Shown here one piece after another: positions 51,562 through 64,000 of a stretch of DNA of 64,000 nt. Each line of letters starts with the position of its first letter. Within the stretch, counting starts at the first letter, position 1. Origin of the DNA: Phoronis australis (taxonomy: Eukaryota; Animalia; Phoronida); the NCBI GenBank assembly GCA_002633005.1, contig NMRA01000441.1, positions 186,001-250,000 of the forward strand, in the 5' to 3' direction. Both the position numbers and the translations under genes were made by a program. The notes below the pieces were generated by a model that saw only the letters and a list, made by a program, of their open reading frames with translations, searched no databases and was not told the DNA's origin.

Positions 51562-53471
51562 ACAGTAGCGCGTGGTCGATGGCGTTTGGTTGCTGATACT
51601 TTATCGATGTCCCGTGGCTACCGACTGATGAGCTTTACTGGAGAATTGGGACAGACGTGAGTCGAGATCGCGTAAAGTGTTTCTTAACTTCTTTACGATG
51701 TGCCAACAGATCTTTAAAAAAATTCTCCGAATTCAGTACCCCGCTGTGTTTATCCGCGGGGGGCGACGGTCCACTGTCAACTGCATAGTGATGCCCAGCG
51801 GGGTCACGCTTGTAAACTGGAGCTCTGGTTTTTCAAAATGTTTTGTTCTAGGTATGAACACCTCGTAAAAACGGTGAATGCATGAATAAAAAGAGTCTAA
51901 TCAGTACGAGTAATACATTTTTGGAATCACCATGATCAAGCTGACGAGAGGATTTAGAAAATATTAATATCAAATGTGTACATTAATGGAGTCGGATTGT
52001 AAACAATAACCATATAATCAAATGACCTCTTCAAAATATCAGCATGCATTTGTAACAGGCGGAAACATTCAGTCAAACCAGTCACAGCTTTTAGGGGTGT
52101 AATAAAACAATATTATGGGTGAAGCGCTAAATCCAATGGTAGCACCCAAAACTCCTATGCTGTACCTCTAAATCCAATGACCGAAAAAAATACTAGCCCA
52201 GCGACAAATCTTGTGGTCGCGCTAACTAAAGACGATGGTCATTGATCAAGCCCAGTGTCCGATCGGGGAACAAAACCTCCCGGACGAATGTTTACCAGTG
52301 TTGTAAGTTACACCTAGGACTCTTGGTGTACATCGTTTGGGTTATGTCGTTATTTTACCGTCTGTTACGATAGGTATATTAACGACTCGTGTCTTTACAT
52401 TTTACTCTTCGACTTACAGTCATAGGGATGATTTGCATTATTTTAAAAATGAAACATATTAATAACCATTTCCATTGATAATACATCTGTAGCATACAGG
52501 ATTTGGTCTTTTTAAACACCACAAGTTTTTCAAACGGAAAAAATGCCCAATAAAAAATAAATCCCAGTGACTATAATTTTTCAGAGCTGTTACAGGCGAT
52601 TTGAGCGAAATGATTGTAAGCCAAATTTCCTCTCCCCAACACCCGGTCTGTGCGAAAACATAAAGTTTACACCTGTTCGTAACTGGTGCGCTGTTGGGGA
52701 ATGTGATCAAGTCAAGAATTCAGGTGCATTGCCTATGCGTTGCAGGTTTATAATGGAAGCGTTGCAAGTAAATTCTTTAGAAGAAGTCAAAAATGTTTTC
52801 ACTCCAAAATGTTAGAGTTCTGTTGTGACAGAGCTCTTGTGACGAGAAGTGAGCCCAGGTATGTTAAGAGATTAGTTGCCACAACAGTACAGTGTGTATG
52901 CCTGAATATTTCGGGTGAACGGAATCTACTTGCACTTGTATGAATCAGAAATAATCATCATAAGTTTTTCAGCTGCAATTCACGAGTGTCTCTTAATAAA
53001 GTCAGCAGGTGTTTTGTGGCAAGACATTGATATACGTAGTTACAAATATTCATTATTTTAAAGCTGATCTCAGGGGAATTAATCTTTAAAAACCACAGGT
53101 GTGTTGCATATTAAAAACACAATTACACGTCTAAGACACAGAACATGACAAAAGTTTATACTAATTATTTTTATTCAAAATGAGTAAACAAATCAAGAAA
53201 TCGCTAATTTAAATTCATATCTTTCGTATGTATCGATTGTCCACACGTGCCCGGTTCAGCCTCCCGAGGCAAGGTTACTGTTGTTTGGAAGGTGGCAGCT
53301 GTGTTTAGCATAATGCCATCTGCTAAACATGACGCGCACTTTTCATGCAGGCTGCCACGAAACACTATAAGAAGATTTGGATAGCTTATACTTCTGCAAA
53401 TAAATTAAAATGAGAAAACATACACCGTCACATGCGACTGACACTGTATAACACAGCAGCGTGCTTATGCG

Positions 53472-53497
53472 ATGAGATTTCCTTCAACAAAATTCAG
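53472..53497 (+). CDS. Putative glycosyltransferase-like type II membrane protein, exon 1
   Basis: ATG AGA TTT CCT TCA ACA AAA TTC AG|gtaaga. Phase 2, in frame with exon 2, giving a short basic cytosolic tail. Confidence 0.65.
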
Positions 53498-54250
53498 GTA
53501 AGAATGAAGTGATGATTAAAATATAGATTCTACATGTATAGGGAACCTATTTGCTACGTGAAGGCAACATTACTCCTCTGTCTGTCTTGTGATTTGGTGT
53601 CGAAAGCGAGTGAAGAACATTTATTCATGTGATGGATAGATCCGCCTCATTCCGGAAGAAATGGAGCGAGGCCTCGTCAGAGAACGAAGAGGGAGTCTAG
53701 ATGAGTAATATAATTGTGGTGCTATAAAACAGTGTGTTGATATCGTACAAGCAAGGCGAATAATATTTACTCGACGGGCAATGATTAGACAAAAACAATG
53801 ATGGACACGGCGGAACAGTCACATCCAGATCGAAAGTTTGTTGCAATGGACAAATACGATTTCTCACTCAAAGGCTTGGATTGAGAAAAACTGAGTCATG
53901 TTGTTTACAACTTACTTTAATTGCAGTAGTGATCAAAAAGAGTCTGTCTATTTGTGGGATAAGAATTGTTTAAAAGCGGTTTCACTAAAACCTTGATTTA
54001 TCCCTTGTGAACAGTTGCGTTTTGCACCTGTCGAACCAACTCCTGAAACCGTGCAAAGTCTCAGTCACAGAGGAATCCAACAGAAAACCTTTATTTTCAA
54101 CTAGCTCAAACTTCTACAGCAGTACAAATTAGGTTTGCATTATTTAACCTCTGCTCCATGTTATTTTATATAAATTCTAAAAGATTATATGTAGATTCCG
54201 TAGAGAAACCTAGACTAGTTCGATTGATATTTTTCATTCATCTGTTTCAG

Positions 54251-54481
54251 GAGATTTATTTTCTTTACCTGCACGATCATTGTGCTGGGGCTTCTTTACA
54301 AGCACCGCACTGTTCGTAGCCCAATCAAATACATGTACCTCACGCAGACGCCCAGCTGTCTCAGTGACTACTACCTTCAACCGGATGTACTAGGAGACGG
54401 TGAGCAGTGTCAGTGCTTCGTGATTGTGACATCGTACAAACAAACATGCAAGGATGTAAGCAAAATGCGCCATCACATTCA
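54251..54481 (+). CDS. Putative glycosyltransferase-like protein, exon 2 (signal anchor and stem)
   Basis: tgtttcag|RFIFFTCTIIVLGLLYKHR...YLTQTPSCLSDYYLQPDVLGDGEQCQCFVIVTSYKQTC...HI(Q)|gtaagt. Phase 2-2. Confidence 0.8.
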
Positions 54482-55159
54482 GTAAGTAAATTGCCAGCGC
54501 TACATATGTAGGCGTGGTGGCTTTTGTTATGCAACCATATGATTTCAATGGACGTCGGGCGGCAGAGGGCGCGTGAGCTTGTGGTCTCAATTGGTCTGAA
54601 ATTTAGGCTATATTCGTCACGTTAATGAGATGATGTTATTGCTAATTCGCTATGCAATTCAGTATTCGCTGTGAAGACCACGACCACTTTATACTGTACT
54701 CGGTGACCTTGACAAAGTATTATTTTAGAAAGTTTTGCAGAAAATACTACGTGGGGACCACAGCTCACCAGTCTAATCCCCAAATCCCCCGGTTGACTGC
54801 CTGTTGGTCACAAACCGTCAGTAATAAAAGGATGCCATTGTGCATACCTGAACGACGGCAAAAGTTCTTCCCCATTGTTTAAAATTCTTCTCCAACTTCG
54901 GATAGTGGCGCAACCCGCCATGGGTGCGTTCCGTAGACGCAAGCAAATCGCCAAATAAGGCGAATCACACAAGCCTTCACAAAGTCACGCGAGAGAAAGG
55001 CGCTAGTGTTTCGCGAGTACGCTCGGGAGCGTACTGACGTACTTGCAAAATGACGGCCACTGAAATGATTACTCGCTGAGGTACGGTTGAGTTATCTGGT
55101 AGATTTAACTGTTTCTGTTTCTGTAGTATTTTGGCCCCCAGCCTGCTTGTGAACGCTTT

Positions 55160-56007
55160 GACATGTTTGCCAAAGACTACGGCTTCATTCATGTGACATC
55201 CTCACCTCTCTACCCTCAGTGCAACAGAGAAGCCGAGCGCGCAGTCCAAACTGCGAAGAATATATTGAAAAAGAATACTGATCCTCACCTAGGTTTCCTG
55301 GCATTCACAATGGAAAGTCTCCGAGTCAACTACTCATGTCCAGACGGCTCTGAATAACTTTGCCGCTCATGCCTAAAGCACTTCTTCACAATTCCATCGA
55401 TGATCAGTCCGTAAGAGCGAAAGAAACTCGGCTTTAATTAACTCAAAGAACAAAGCAAACTTTGACCACAGACACCGCACTATGTCCCTACTAGGTGGAC
55501 CAAGTCTAGGTTTGACCAAGACAAATCTGGCGAAGTGAAAGAGAGTTCGACATAAAGTGAAACCCCGGCGAGATCCTACCTTGTCGTCACAGAGTCCGGT
55601 GCTACAATTCGTCATAACCGGTCAGCATTGATTCATACCGGAAATATGAATAGTGCCTGTCACCAGAGAAGTTTACTCCAAAAGAGACGACCCCCAAACC
55701 ATCTTCAAACCCGGCATCAACCCCACCTCACCGTAGACACCCCACAGACCCAACAACTACGACGTTCACAACGGGTTGTAAAACCAGTGGATCGCCTGAA
55801 CCTCTGAACATTTGATTAATTTTCAGCGCTTAGTGATAAGGACATTAACATAGTTCAAAGAAATTTATTACTTTTAAGTAATAAATTTCACTTTAAAAAG
55901 TGTTTACACGTATTCTTAAACTATTTTGGGAGGAGATGTATTATAGCTCTTTAGAGTTAGAGATAAACATATTGAGTTCCAGTTCCATCAGCGTTGTTAT
56001 TCCTACA
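55160..56007 (+). mobile_element. Decayed Gypsy/Ty3-like LTR retrotransposon 3' end (integrase, PPT, short LTR)
   Basis: FAKDYGFIHVTSSPLYPQCNREAERAVQTAKNILKKNTDPHL (integrase core), then HNGKSPSQLLMSRRL, and terminal LRRSQRVVKPVDRLNL* (stop 55805-55807). PPT GGGAGGAGA at 55928-55936, followed by TGTATTATAG...TTCCTACA. Confidence 0.88.
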
Positions 56008-56344
56008 GTTTCCGTTACATGAGTCATAATTTCTCGCTGCAAGTGCTTCGCGAGTGTCTTGGGTCTGCTGAGGTCAGCCTAGTACACTTCGGACAAAATA
56101 GCCTAAAGTCCAATGACATTAACCTTTCAACCACTGGATACCGTTCATTTTGCATTGAATTCCCGGCTGAACGTAACCCATCAACATTACAAGCAACAAA
56201 ACTTTGTAGACGGATGATAAGAGGAACATTGATATGTATTACAAATAATTTATATCGTCCTCTGGCTTAGGTCCGGTTTGAAGACAACTGCTGTATGGTA
56301 CAATTTACAATCGTATTAAAGTGTACCCACGCCTACCACCTCCA

Positions 56345-56520
56345 GTCTAGACGGCCACCATTAAACTGGACGATTTACCCAGCCTTGACCTTAAGCTTTT
56401 TGTAATGACTGGATCAAAAGACTTGGTGGTCATTCCTTCTTTACAAGGATCTATGTGCATAATATCTAGACCGTCATGGGTTACGAGGTCAAAGGCTGAC
56501 GCAAGGTCTATGAATCCAGA
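56345..56520 (-). mobile_element. Decayed non-LTR (RTE-like) reverse transcriptase fragment
   Basis: FIDLASAFDLVTHDGL resembles LINE RT FIDLTKAFDLVSRDGL. Downstream IVQFNGG resembles the RTE TVQFNGS segment. Confidence 0.55.
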
Positions 56521-56836
56521 ATGATTTGACAATTAAAATGTTGAAATTAAAGTGTTGCAGGGGACGGTTTGTTTTGCTCAATACAATGATGACGAATTAA
56601 CACTAAAGACTGAGAGAGACATGCTCAGTTTACCTCTGATTATTTCCACCTGTAAAAAATGTAATTAGATTGAATTTGTTCATTTTGTGCGATTGCTAGA
56701 GAAATGTAGGAGCCGTTCACATTCTCAAAGTATGAAATATCGTATATATCTTATGTATAATGGTACGTAGATAAAATACAGGAAATTTCAAATACTTGAA
56801 CATGATACTGCTTCAAAGTATTACTTTCCTTTGCAG

Positions 56837-57584
56837 GTATATCGATATTTTACATGACACTTTGAATGCAGGGAAGAACAAGATGTATGAGTACAGTCAC
56901 TTTATAGTGGATACTTCGAGTGTACTTTATTACATATTTCTCGATGACGACCTAACGTTCAACTTTACTGCTGATGTCATGCTCAGTAACGCAGCGCAAG
57001 TCGATAAGAAAGTTCCGGTACTGAGGTCGTTCGAAAAGTTCATAGCGAAAGTGCAGCCGGCTCTCAGCACAGGCATGTATTCACCTATGGGGAAACAGTT
57101 TGAGTTTTTCGGCCACTTTTTGGAAGATTGTTGTGACACGTCAAAGTACTGGGAAGCAAACCTCCCGGAGTTTTACCCGATGATATTTTTCGACGACAGT
57201 TTTCTGGCTTACCACCATCTGGCCATTAAACACCTATTTCCACTTCCCGTGCAATATGATCACCAGTCCTTTTGGATGACTATTGTTATAATGAAATTCC
57301 GTGTGTACGCGCGTTACCGGGGACAGGCTTTGCGGTACAACCCTTTACATCTTATAAATAAAGAACACAGAGAGTATCCCAATGTACCCGGAGGTGTTGT
57401 GGGCTACGAAATGATTATGGAAAAGGAGCGCCTCCTAGCACCAACGTCAATGCAAGATAGTGAGATTTGGACAGATCCCTACTTTCTGGCAGAGAGAGTC
57501 AAAGAATATTCGATAAAGGACCCTCCTTTTCGATACGTCCCTTTTTCAGAAAACCCGCAAATGAAACCGTATCGTGGTTTATGA
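56837..57584 (+). CDS. Putative GT-A-fold glycosyltransferase-like protein, exon 3 (DxD motif, stop)
   Basis: tttgcag| in phase 2. Long ORF containing YYIFLDDDL (hydrophobic strand then DDD). Spliced CDS is 1005 nt (334 aa). Confidence 0.8.
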
Positions 57585-58589
57585 TGAAAGCATTTATGTC
57601 TAAATAACCAGTTCTTCTCCGACACTTTGTATCGTAGAATGGCTGCAAGCTTTTCATAGTCCTACGATTGAAAGTTCCAATGAAAATGAACTTTTTTAGA
57701 AAAATTTCAGCTTGAAGCATTGTTGTTGGAAATTTGACATAATGCGACGAAAGTTTTTCAGATCATTTCGTTACAGTGGGACAAACTGGATCTTCGCCAA
57801 CACGCGCTAGCAGCGTCATTGCGAAGGACGGGACAATGACAAGTGCACAAAATGAAAAAGTACGTGCGCTCACCACTGCTCGTAACAATACTTGTCTGAA
57901 GATGTTTGAATGAAGTTGTGTTAACAAAATTGAACTAATATTTTTACCTTTCTATAATTTTGAGAACAGTCCATGCGGAACAGTAGGGCTAGAGCAAAAC
58001 AATATCTCAATGACTGTTGAATTCTTCCGCGCTAATGTTAGGGATATAATCGGAATTTCAGGTATTCACCTGAGACAAAACTTCAACAGTTGCCGGAGCT
58101 TTTCGTTAAAAACACTTTGATTTTCTTACGTGAATGTGTTTTTCTTTTGCTTTTATTTTTCGTAAAATCAGCGAAGTCAATGACCCTAAACTTCCTTGAC
58201 ATCTGTTAGTTCAGGAACTGTTTTAGAGTGAGCGCAGACGAAGAGCTCTGAGCCTCGAATGCAAATTGTCTTCGGAAAACGTTAACCGCGAAGCAGTCAG
58301 GAAAATGTCTCACTTGGTGGCGTTCTTTTACAATGTACCTGATTGCGTAAATCTTCACAGCATGCGGGCGAGGTATACTTTAAAGCTTGGCATATATCCA
58401 TCGATACCCAATGAAAATTAATTATTGTATCATCTGACGACATCAAATCTCTGTTGCTGGCTAATTGTAATCGTGTGTACTACATTTACTGCGTCTCCTA
58501 CGAACGTAATGAACAGGTCAGTGGACATTTTACTCACTACGTGTGAGTAACCCGCATTCAGAGCTATTTTCCACTAGAAGACGACGGTT

Positions 58590-58672
58590 TATTTACTTAT
58601 TTATTTATTGGTGAAATATTTACAACGAGGGTAGCCCCCATCAGTTCATACTGCTTTCCACGGGGGCCCTCA
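58590..58672 (-). mobile_element. LINE/SINE 3' tail (L2/CR1-type stem-loop plus short-repeat tail)
   Basis: Minus strand GAGGGCCCC...GGGGCTACCCTC stem followed by an (AATA)n tail. Confidence 0.5.
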
Positions 58673-59912
58673 GTTGAGCTCGCAGTTTCTCGTGTGCGCT
58701 CGCCCTTACTCACCAGCTCATTTTGCATGGCAATTGATCTTTTGCGCGATTTTAAGAAGGAAGGTGGATTTTGCCCCACCTTCCCTGGTGTTATGGTGCT
58801 ACCCTATTTCTGCACAGCAGGAATGCCTTGAGGTTCGTAATGCCAGTTTTGCACTTGCAGAACTAGCGAAATGGCCTAGTGCTAATTTATGCGACAAGAT
58901 GGCGATTTTCCCACTTCGGGAAATACACAACTGATTTCTCTATTTTAAATGGAGTTCACGCATGATGACCGGCGGTACAGTACCCTGGCAATAGCTAAAT
59001 TTCCCCCAAAAATCTGAATCTGTTAGTATGACACATGTTGTCGCATAAGACACATATTGTCGCGACAAAATATGTCACGACATAGGTTAACAGTTACAGC
59101 TATCAAGCTGTCGGGTTTAAAAAGTGGACTTGACGATTTATTAAAGCGATTTTTCATAATTACTCAAATGCCGCCGACTGGCCGCAGGAAATCATTTGAA
59201 ATTTGCTGAGGCCCAGCGAGGCGGTTACAGGGACATTTTAGGGGAGAATTGTTGATTTATAATTCTGATCAAAGCTCATAATTTATTACAGAAGGTCTAT
59301 ATTATCCAATAAATACGACTGTGGGGAGTAAAACCGACAATGTCTTTTTAAGTAGCCAAAGATTGGAAACATATCGGGATTTTAATATTAAGTTCAGATT
59401 TAGGACTAAAATCAATGTATCTGCAAGGAATGCAACCTCATCCCGATATCTGTAATTATTCGGCGGTATTCAGTCCGGAAATGTTCAACACACCTTGCAC
59501 GGCAATCCAGCACCCCATTTCATTCCCAATAACTTAATTTTATGAGATGACTCTTTCAATGCGCTTAGGCTTTTCGCTTCCATTTCACATAGGCACAGGA
59601 GATTGACCGTATTGACTTCTTTCACGTTGACTTTGATCAGCACTACGCTAGTACGTTAGCCATTTTCACTCGGCCTAGAAATCAAACGGCCGATCAGGTC
59701 GCCGTCTCGACTTTTTCAGTTAATTTGAGTGGAAGCCTTTGTTAAGAATCGGATAATTATAACAAAATCACAAAACAGTAAATTTCTGTTATATAACTCT
59801 GGTCAAAGATAACAAGTTCAAGAACACAATCCCAAAAATATATTTTTCGGCCAATTGTGTCCTTTTTTTAAAACGAGTTATGTTATAACTGGTTACTGTT
59901 TTTTTTTCTGAA

Positions 59913-60075
59913 AATGAAGTCTGTCTAGTTCAATGAAGTCTGTCTAGTTCAATGAAGTCTGCCTAGTTCAATGAAGTCTGCCTAGTTCAATGAAGTCTGC
60001 CTAGTTCAATGAAGTCTGCCTAGTTCAATGAAGTCTGCCTAGTTCAATGAAGTCTGCCTAGTTCAATGAAGTCTG
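59913..60075. repeat. 19-bp minisatellite running into an assembly gap
   Basis: (aatgaagtctgcctagttc) about 8.5 times, then the N run. Confidence 0.95.
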
Positions 60076-60424
60076 NNNNNNNNNNNNNNNNNNNNNNNNN
60101 NNNNNNNNNNNNNNNNNNNNNNNNNNNNNNNNNNNNNNNNNNNNNNNNNNNNNNNNNNNNNNNNNNNNNNNNNNNNNNNNNNNNNNNNNNNNNNNNNNNN
60201 NNNNNNNNNNNNNNNNNNNNNNNNNNNNNNNNNNNNNNNNNNNNNNNNNNNNNNNNNNNNNNNNNNNNNNNNNNNNNNNNNNNNNNNNNNNNNNNNNNNN
60301 NNNNNNNNNNNNNNNNNNNNNNNNNNNNNNNNNNNNNNNNNNNNNNNNNNNNNNNNNNNNNNNNNNNNNNNNNNNNNNNNNNNNNNNNNNNNNNNNNNNN
60401 NNNNNNNNNNNNNNNNNNNNNNNT
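60076..60424. other. Assembly gap (N run)
   Basis: Run of about 350 N. Confidence 0.99.
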
Positions 60425-60543
60425 TTTGAAAATAAAATAATTTCACTTCAGCAAAGTACAAACTTAAGTCTCTTTGAATAGACCGGTAATTGCTAACTAT
60501 TCAAATAATTCATACAAGTTCTCACTCAACTGTGACTGTGATG

Positions 60544-61053
60544 TACGGTGGCTGTAGGACGGCACGGCAAATTTTTTTTCTCCGTTGCTGACTATCGATA
60601 GACTTAGTATCGCTATCGATAGACTTATTAACTTTATCGATAGACTTAGTAACTCTGACGATAGACTTACTAACTCTATCGATAGACTATACAGTTGCAA
60701 AGTCTATCGATAGAGTTCATGGGCGCACCCGGGGGGAGGGCTCGAACGAGCCCCCAATTTGGAGAATTGGGTAAAAAGGTCTGCATCAGTGAAACAAAAA
60801 GGTCCGAGTAAACGAGACAAAAGTCCAGTAAGTCCACAGGAATTGTTCGCTGACGCACGATTGGCAGGCGTGAACCTAGTGGCCCCGTTTTTTTTTTAGT
60901 TCTCGTCCATTTTTTTCAGTAAAAGGTCCGCATATCGAAGAATTCGAGCCCTCTATATTTTAGGCAGGGTGCGCGCATGGAGTTAACAAATCTATCGATA
61001 AAGTTAGCAACAGAGAAAAAAAGTTGCCGTGACGTTCTTATACAGCCACCGTA
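60544..61053. mobile_element. IS3EU-type non-autonomous DNA transposon (TAC...GTA termini, 6-bp TSD)
   Basis: TIR TACGGTGGCTGTA / TACAGCCACCGTA extending to about 55 bp imperfect. TSD GTGATG at 60538-60543 and 61054-61059. Internal 21-bp repeats ctatcgatagacttagtaact. Confidence 0.8.
60718..60979 (+). mobile_element. Nested MITE with 5-bp TSD (GAGTT), same family as 50376-50615
   Basis: TIR CATGGGCGCACCC / GGGTGCGCGCATG, flanked by gagtt on both sides. Shares internal ttttcagtaaaaggtcc...aattcgagc with the 50376 copy. Confidence 0.82.
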
Positions 61054-64000
61054 GTGATGTGTTAACAATCACATTGCAAAAATTCACTTGAGCTTAATAT
61101 TATTTATGATTAAAGCTGCATTTCGCGGAGTTGAGATGGAGGAAAACTAAAATTTACTGAGGTCTCTTGCTCTCATGAAATCGGTCTCGCAATATGCCTG
61201 ACTGTGATGGGATTCCATTTTCGTTACAAACTCGAGTCCCAATAAAGCGTATTTGCGTCATTTTTCAATTCGCAATTTTAGGGTTGGTAAATCCCATTAA
61301 ACTCTGACGGTTAGTATTCAGCACATTGCGGTTTTGCATATCACTTGAACGAAGGCTGATGAAACTCTATGTAAGCGCTCATTTCTAAGCGCTTGGTGAG
61401 TAGGGGCGACTGATAATGCAAATTACTAAAAATAATCCTATGATATAAATTAAAGCATTCAATTTTATTTAAAATAAAAATCAATCATATTTTGTAAACT
61501 CAGTGCCACTAAATCAATTCTATTATTTAAAAATACCGGTAATCCTATTTTGTGAATTCTATTTTTCAAAAAAACTGAACCTGAGGTCCTTCCTAACATA
61601 CAAGGTTGTAAGATTTAACAATGAAAACTGGAAAAATAAGGAATTGGTTCGATCACTATGGCCTTCTTCCTTGAGCTGTCCTTGAGACGAAGGGATACAA
61701 GTAAAAGAGGAAAAGAGTGACCATGGATTGCCATCAAAAGGCCCCCTCCATGGGCGGAGGGCTCCTAAATATCAGGATACCAATTTATATCTAGTGAAAC
61801 GAAATTTGAAGATATAATCGAAAAAGAGAGCGACAGAGCACTGTTATCAAATGCCACACAGGGGTCCCTGAAGAAATGCAGAGTCGTGACTTATGTGGAC
61901 AATTTGCTCTTGAAAATCTGTGCATAGTAAGTTTTCTCGAACTTTTTCGAAGTATGTATGATTAAGAGAACATCTCAAGTGCATTTAGAGTATCTATACT
62001 GCAAAAACTGGCTAAACTGAAATGTTGTAGCCAGGACTTACTAAGAATACATCCGGAGCTAGTAGTCTACACATTTCGTTGTCTTTCTCTTTTCGACTGC
62101 TCCTGCCTCAAGACGGTCGCCACGATCTCATCCTGTCGTCTTCAAATCATGGGGGCACGTGCACCCCTCTTTCCACGGCGCTGGAAAAAATACAACCCAT
62201 CGACAATGGATAGTTCCGACTTATCAATATCATCAATTCGAGCTTCCGATACCGGGATGTGTATGGGAGTTTTTTTTTTAATCATTGACAACGCGGAATC
62301 GAACCCACATGAGCTTCTGTGGTAACTCTGTTGAACTTTGCGAATCTTACTTGAGCTTCAGTGCCGCGGGAAGCGCAAATTCAGATATTGTTTGCGCTTG
62401 TAGGACTTCACCATAACTACGGTGAGTTTGGCCCGACTGCGTTTGTCGGAACAATCCGATTTCTCGAATACGTCCAGGAGGCAAATATACGCTTTTTGTT
62501 GAATTGGGAACGCATTTGACCGGGTTAGCATGGATAAAACTCCGGTAATTAGCTGGAAAAGGCACCCTCTCTTAAGTAATTTGGAAGTATTACCACCACT
62601 CCAACTGGAATATTCCGCATACGCCATGTAAGTACCCCGGGCACAATGGAATAAATTTTTGGAATCATTTGAGCAAGTTCCATAACAAATCATCTGAAGT
62701 GTAATGAGCGTGCTCCAGCACGCTTACTGAATTATTAAAAAGGGATTCATTGCGGCAAATTTTATTAAAATATACATAGGTTCATAAGTACAGAAATAGA
62801 AAGCAACAAACGTACACTACAGAGCAATCGTTAGTATAAGGCCAGCCTTCATTTGGCCAAGCAGCATGCATTGGGTCATCATTCCATCGAGCGTCCTTAA
62901 CCAGAGACTGGGTCACAACAGCATCAAACGCCTTCTGCAATTCCTACACCCTTCTTAAACTGATATCTTAAGCTCTGAGGCCTTCTATATCCGACCAGGA
63001 AGAATTTTGAAAATGGCAACAGAAATTCTTAACAAGATCACTTCAACCTTTTGGGGCATCAAATACATTTCATAGCTGGTGCGATACCAACAACGCCACA
63101 ATTCTATCGTATGCAAACCATCCCCTCATCCGGGTATCTTGCATATTGTGGCACAGAATTTCAGAAACAGTGGCGTTTACGCTTAGTTTCGTTTAACTCA
63201 GCTCACCGAGTGTCACAAGTACCGTAAACTAAGACCACAGCTCGCTCAAGGATTTACGGAACTCGAAGCTACACTGGACCGGGTTCCGGAAGGCTAGATT
63301 CTTGCAGCACTTGGCGAAATCGTGCAAATATTCGCAGGCATCACAAGCGAAACACGTCATCTCACTAGCTTTCACTTGAGAATATCTTGCATTACGGAGC
63401 CGGCACGTCTCGCCCACTGACGTATAAACAAGTGAGGCATCGAATACGTTACAAAACCCATACAATGTCAAGGTTAAATTAAACAGAGGGATGATGACAT
63501 ACTTACACGAAAACACGCGCGCATAGCAGTTGCACAAGTGAAAAAATATAGTATTACCTTTCTCTACAATTTTGACCAACATGCAAGTTATGTCATAATT
63601 CAACAAGCACGCATTTACTACAAAATCTACCACCTGCCAAAGACAAATAAATAACTTAACGTCACAAACAACGTTGCACTAGAACTGGTTAACACATCCC
63701 GCTAAATATACAGAAATATTTTACAACGAAACTTGGTCACTACAAGCGAAATCAGTGAAGTTCAAAACGTTTTCCGATTTACGCGTTTGACTAAAGGGAA
63801 AAGTCACCTTTCTCGGTGTTAAGGCCACCGCAGACGAAGAGCTATGAGTTGAGCTGCCTGCCTCAAATGAACGCCAGCTGAGCCGACAGATCATGCCAAC
63901 CTGTGAATGGATAAGCCGCAGGTTCATTCATCTGTTCTGGCGTTATGTCTACCCGTCAGCTAAAGTATCGTTCAGCTTAGCTGGGTGCATGAGGTTATCC

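Noticed and set aside
60063-60461. ORFs spanning the N run
   Set aside because: Artefacts of the assembly gap.
62900-62945. LQKAFDAV RT-like motif on the minus strand
   Set aside because: Isolated short match with no flanking reverse transcriptase motifs.

Overview
AT-rich, intron-rich animal genomic DNA from a draft assembly (probably a marine invertebrate; species not determinable here). It has single-N joins at 20217 and 43628 and an N gap at 60076-60424. Four protein-coding genes can be assembled from splice signals. (1) A small secreted 8-cysteine peptide precursor (2636-2893, +) whose Cys spacing matches eclosion hormone. (2) A complete 10-coding-exon presenilin gene (39745 to 12592, -, 498 aa). 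(3) A complete SPRTN/Spartan DNA-protein-crosslink protease gene (41004-48955, +, 558 aa), head-to-head with presenilin; its exons 2-3 appear twice, most likely an assembly haplotype overlap. (4) A 3-exon type II membrane GT-A-like (DxD) putative glycosyltransferase (53472-57584, +, 334 aa). Introns and intergenic DNA hold many mobile-element remnants. These include a Penelope-like insertion with a GIY-YIG C-terminus, inverted ends, a 12-bp TSD and a minimal hammerhead ribozyme, plus a second hammerhead motif; both lie in presenilin introns on the sense strand. There is also a Helentron-type HINE carrying an array of CTCF-consensus-like motifs, an IS3EU-type MITE with a nested 5-bp-TSD MITE, Gypsy integrase and RTE RT fragments, and several foldback MITEs and tandem repeats. 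All calls were made by eye; no searches were run.
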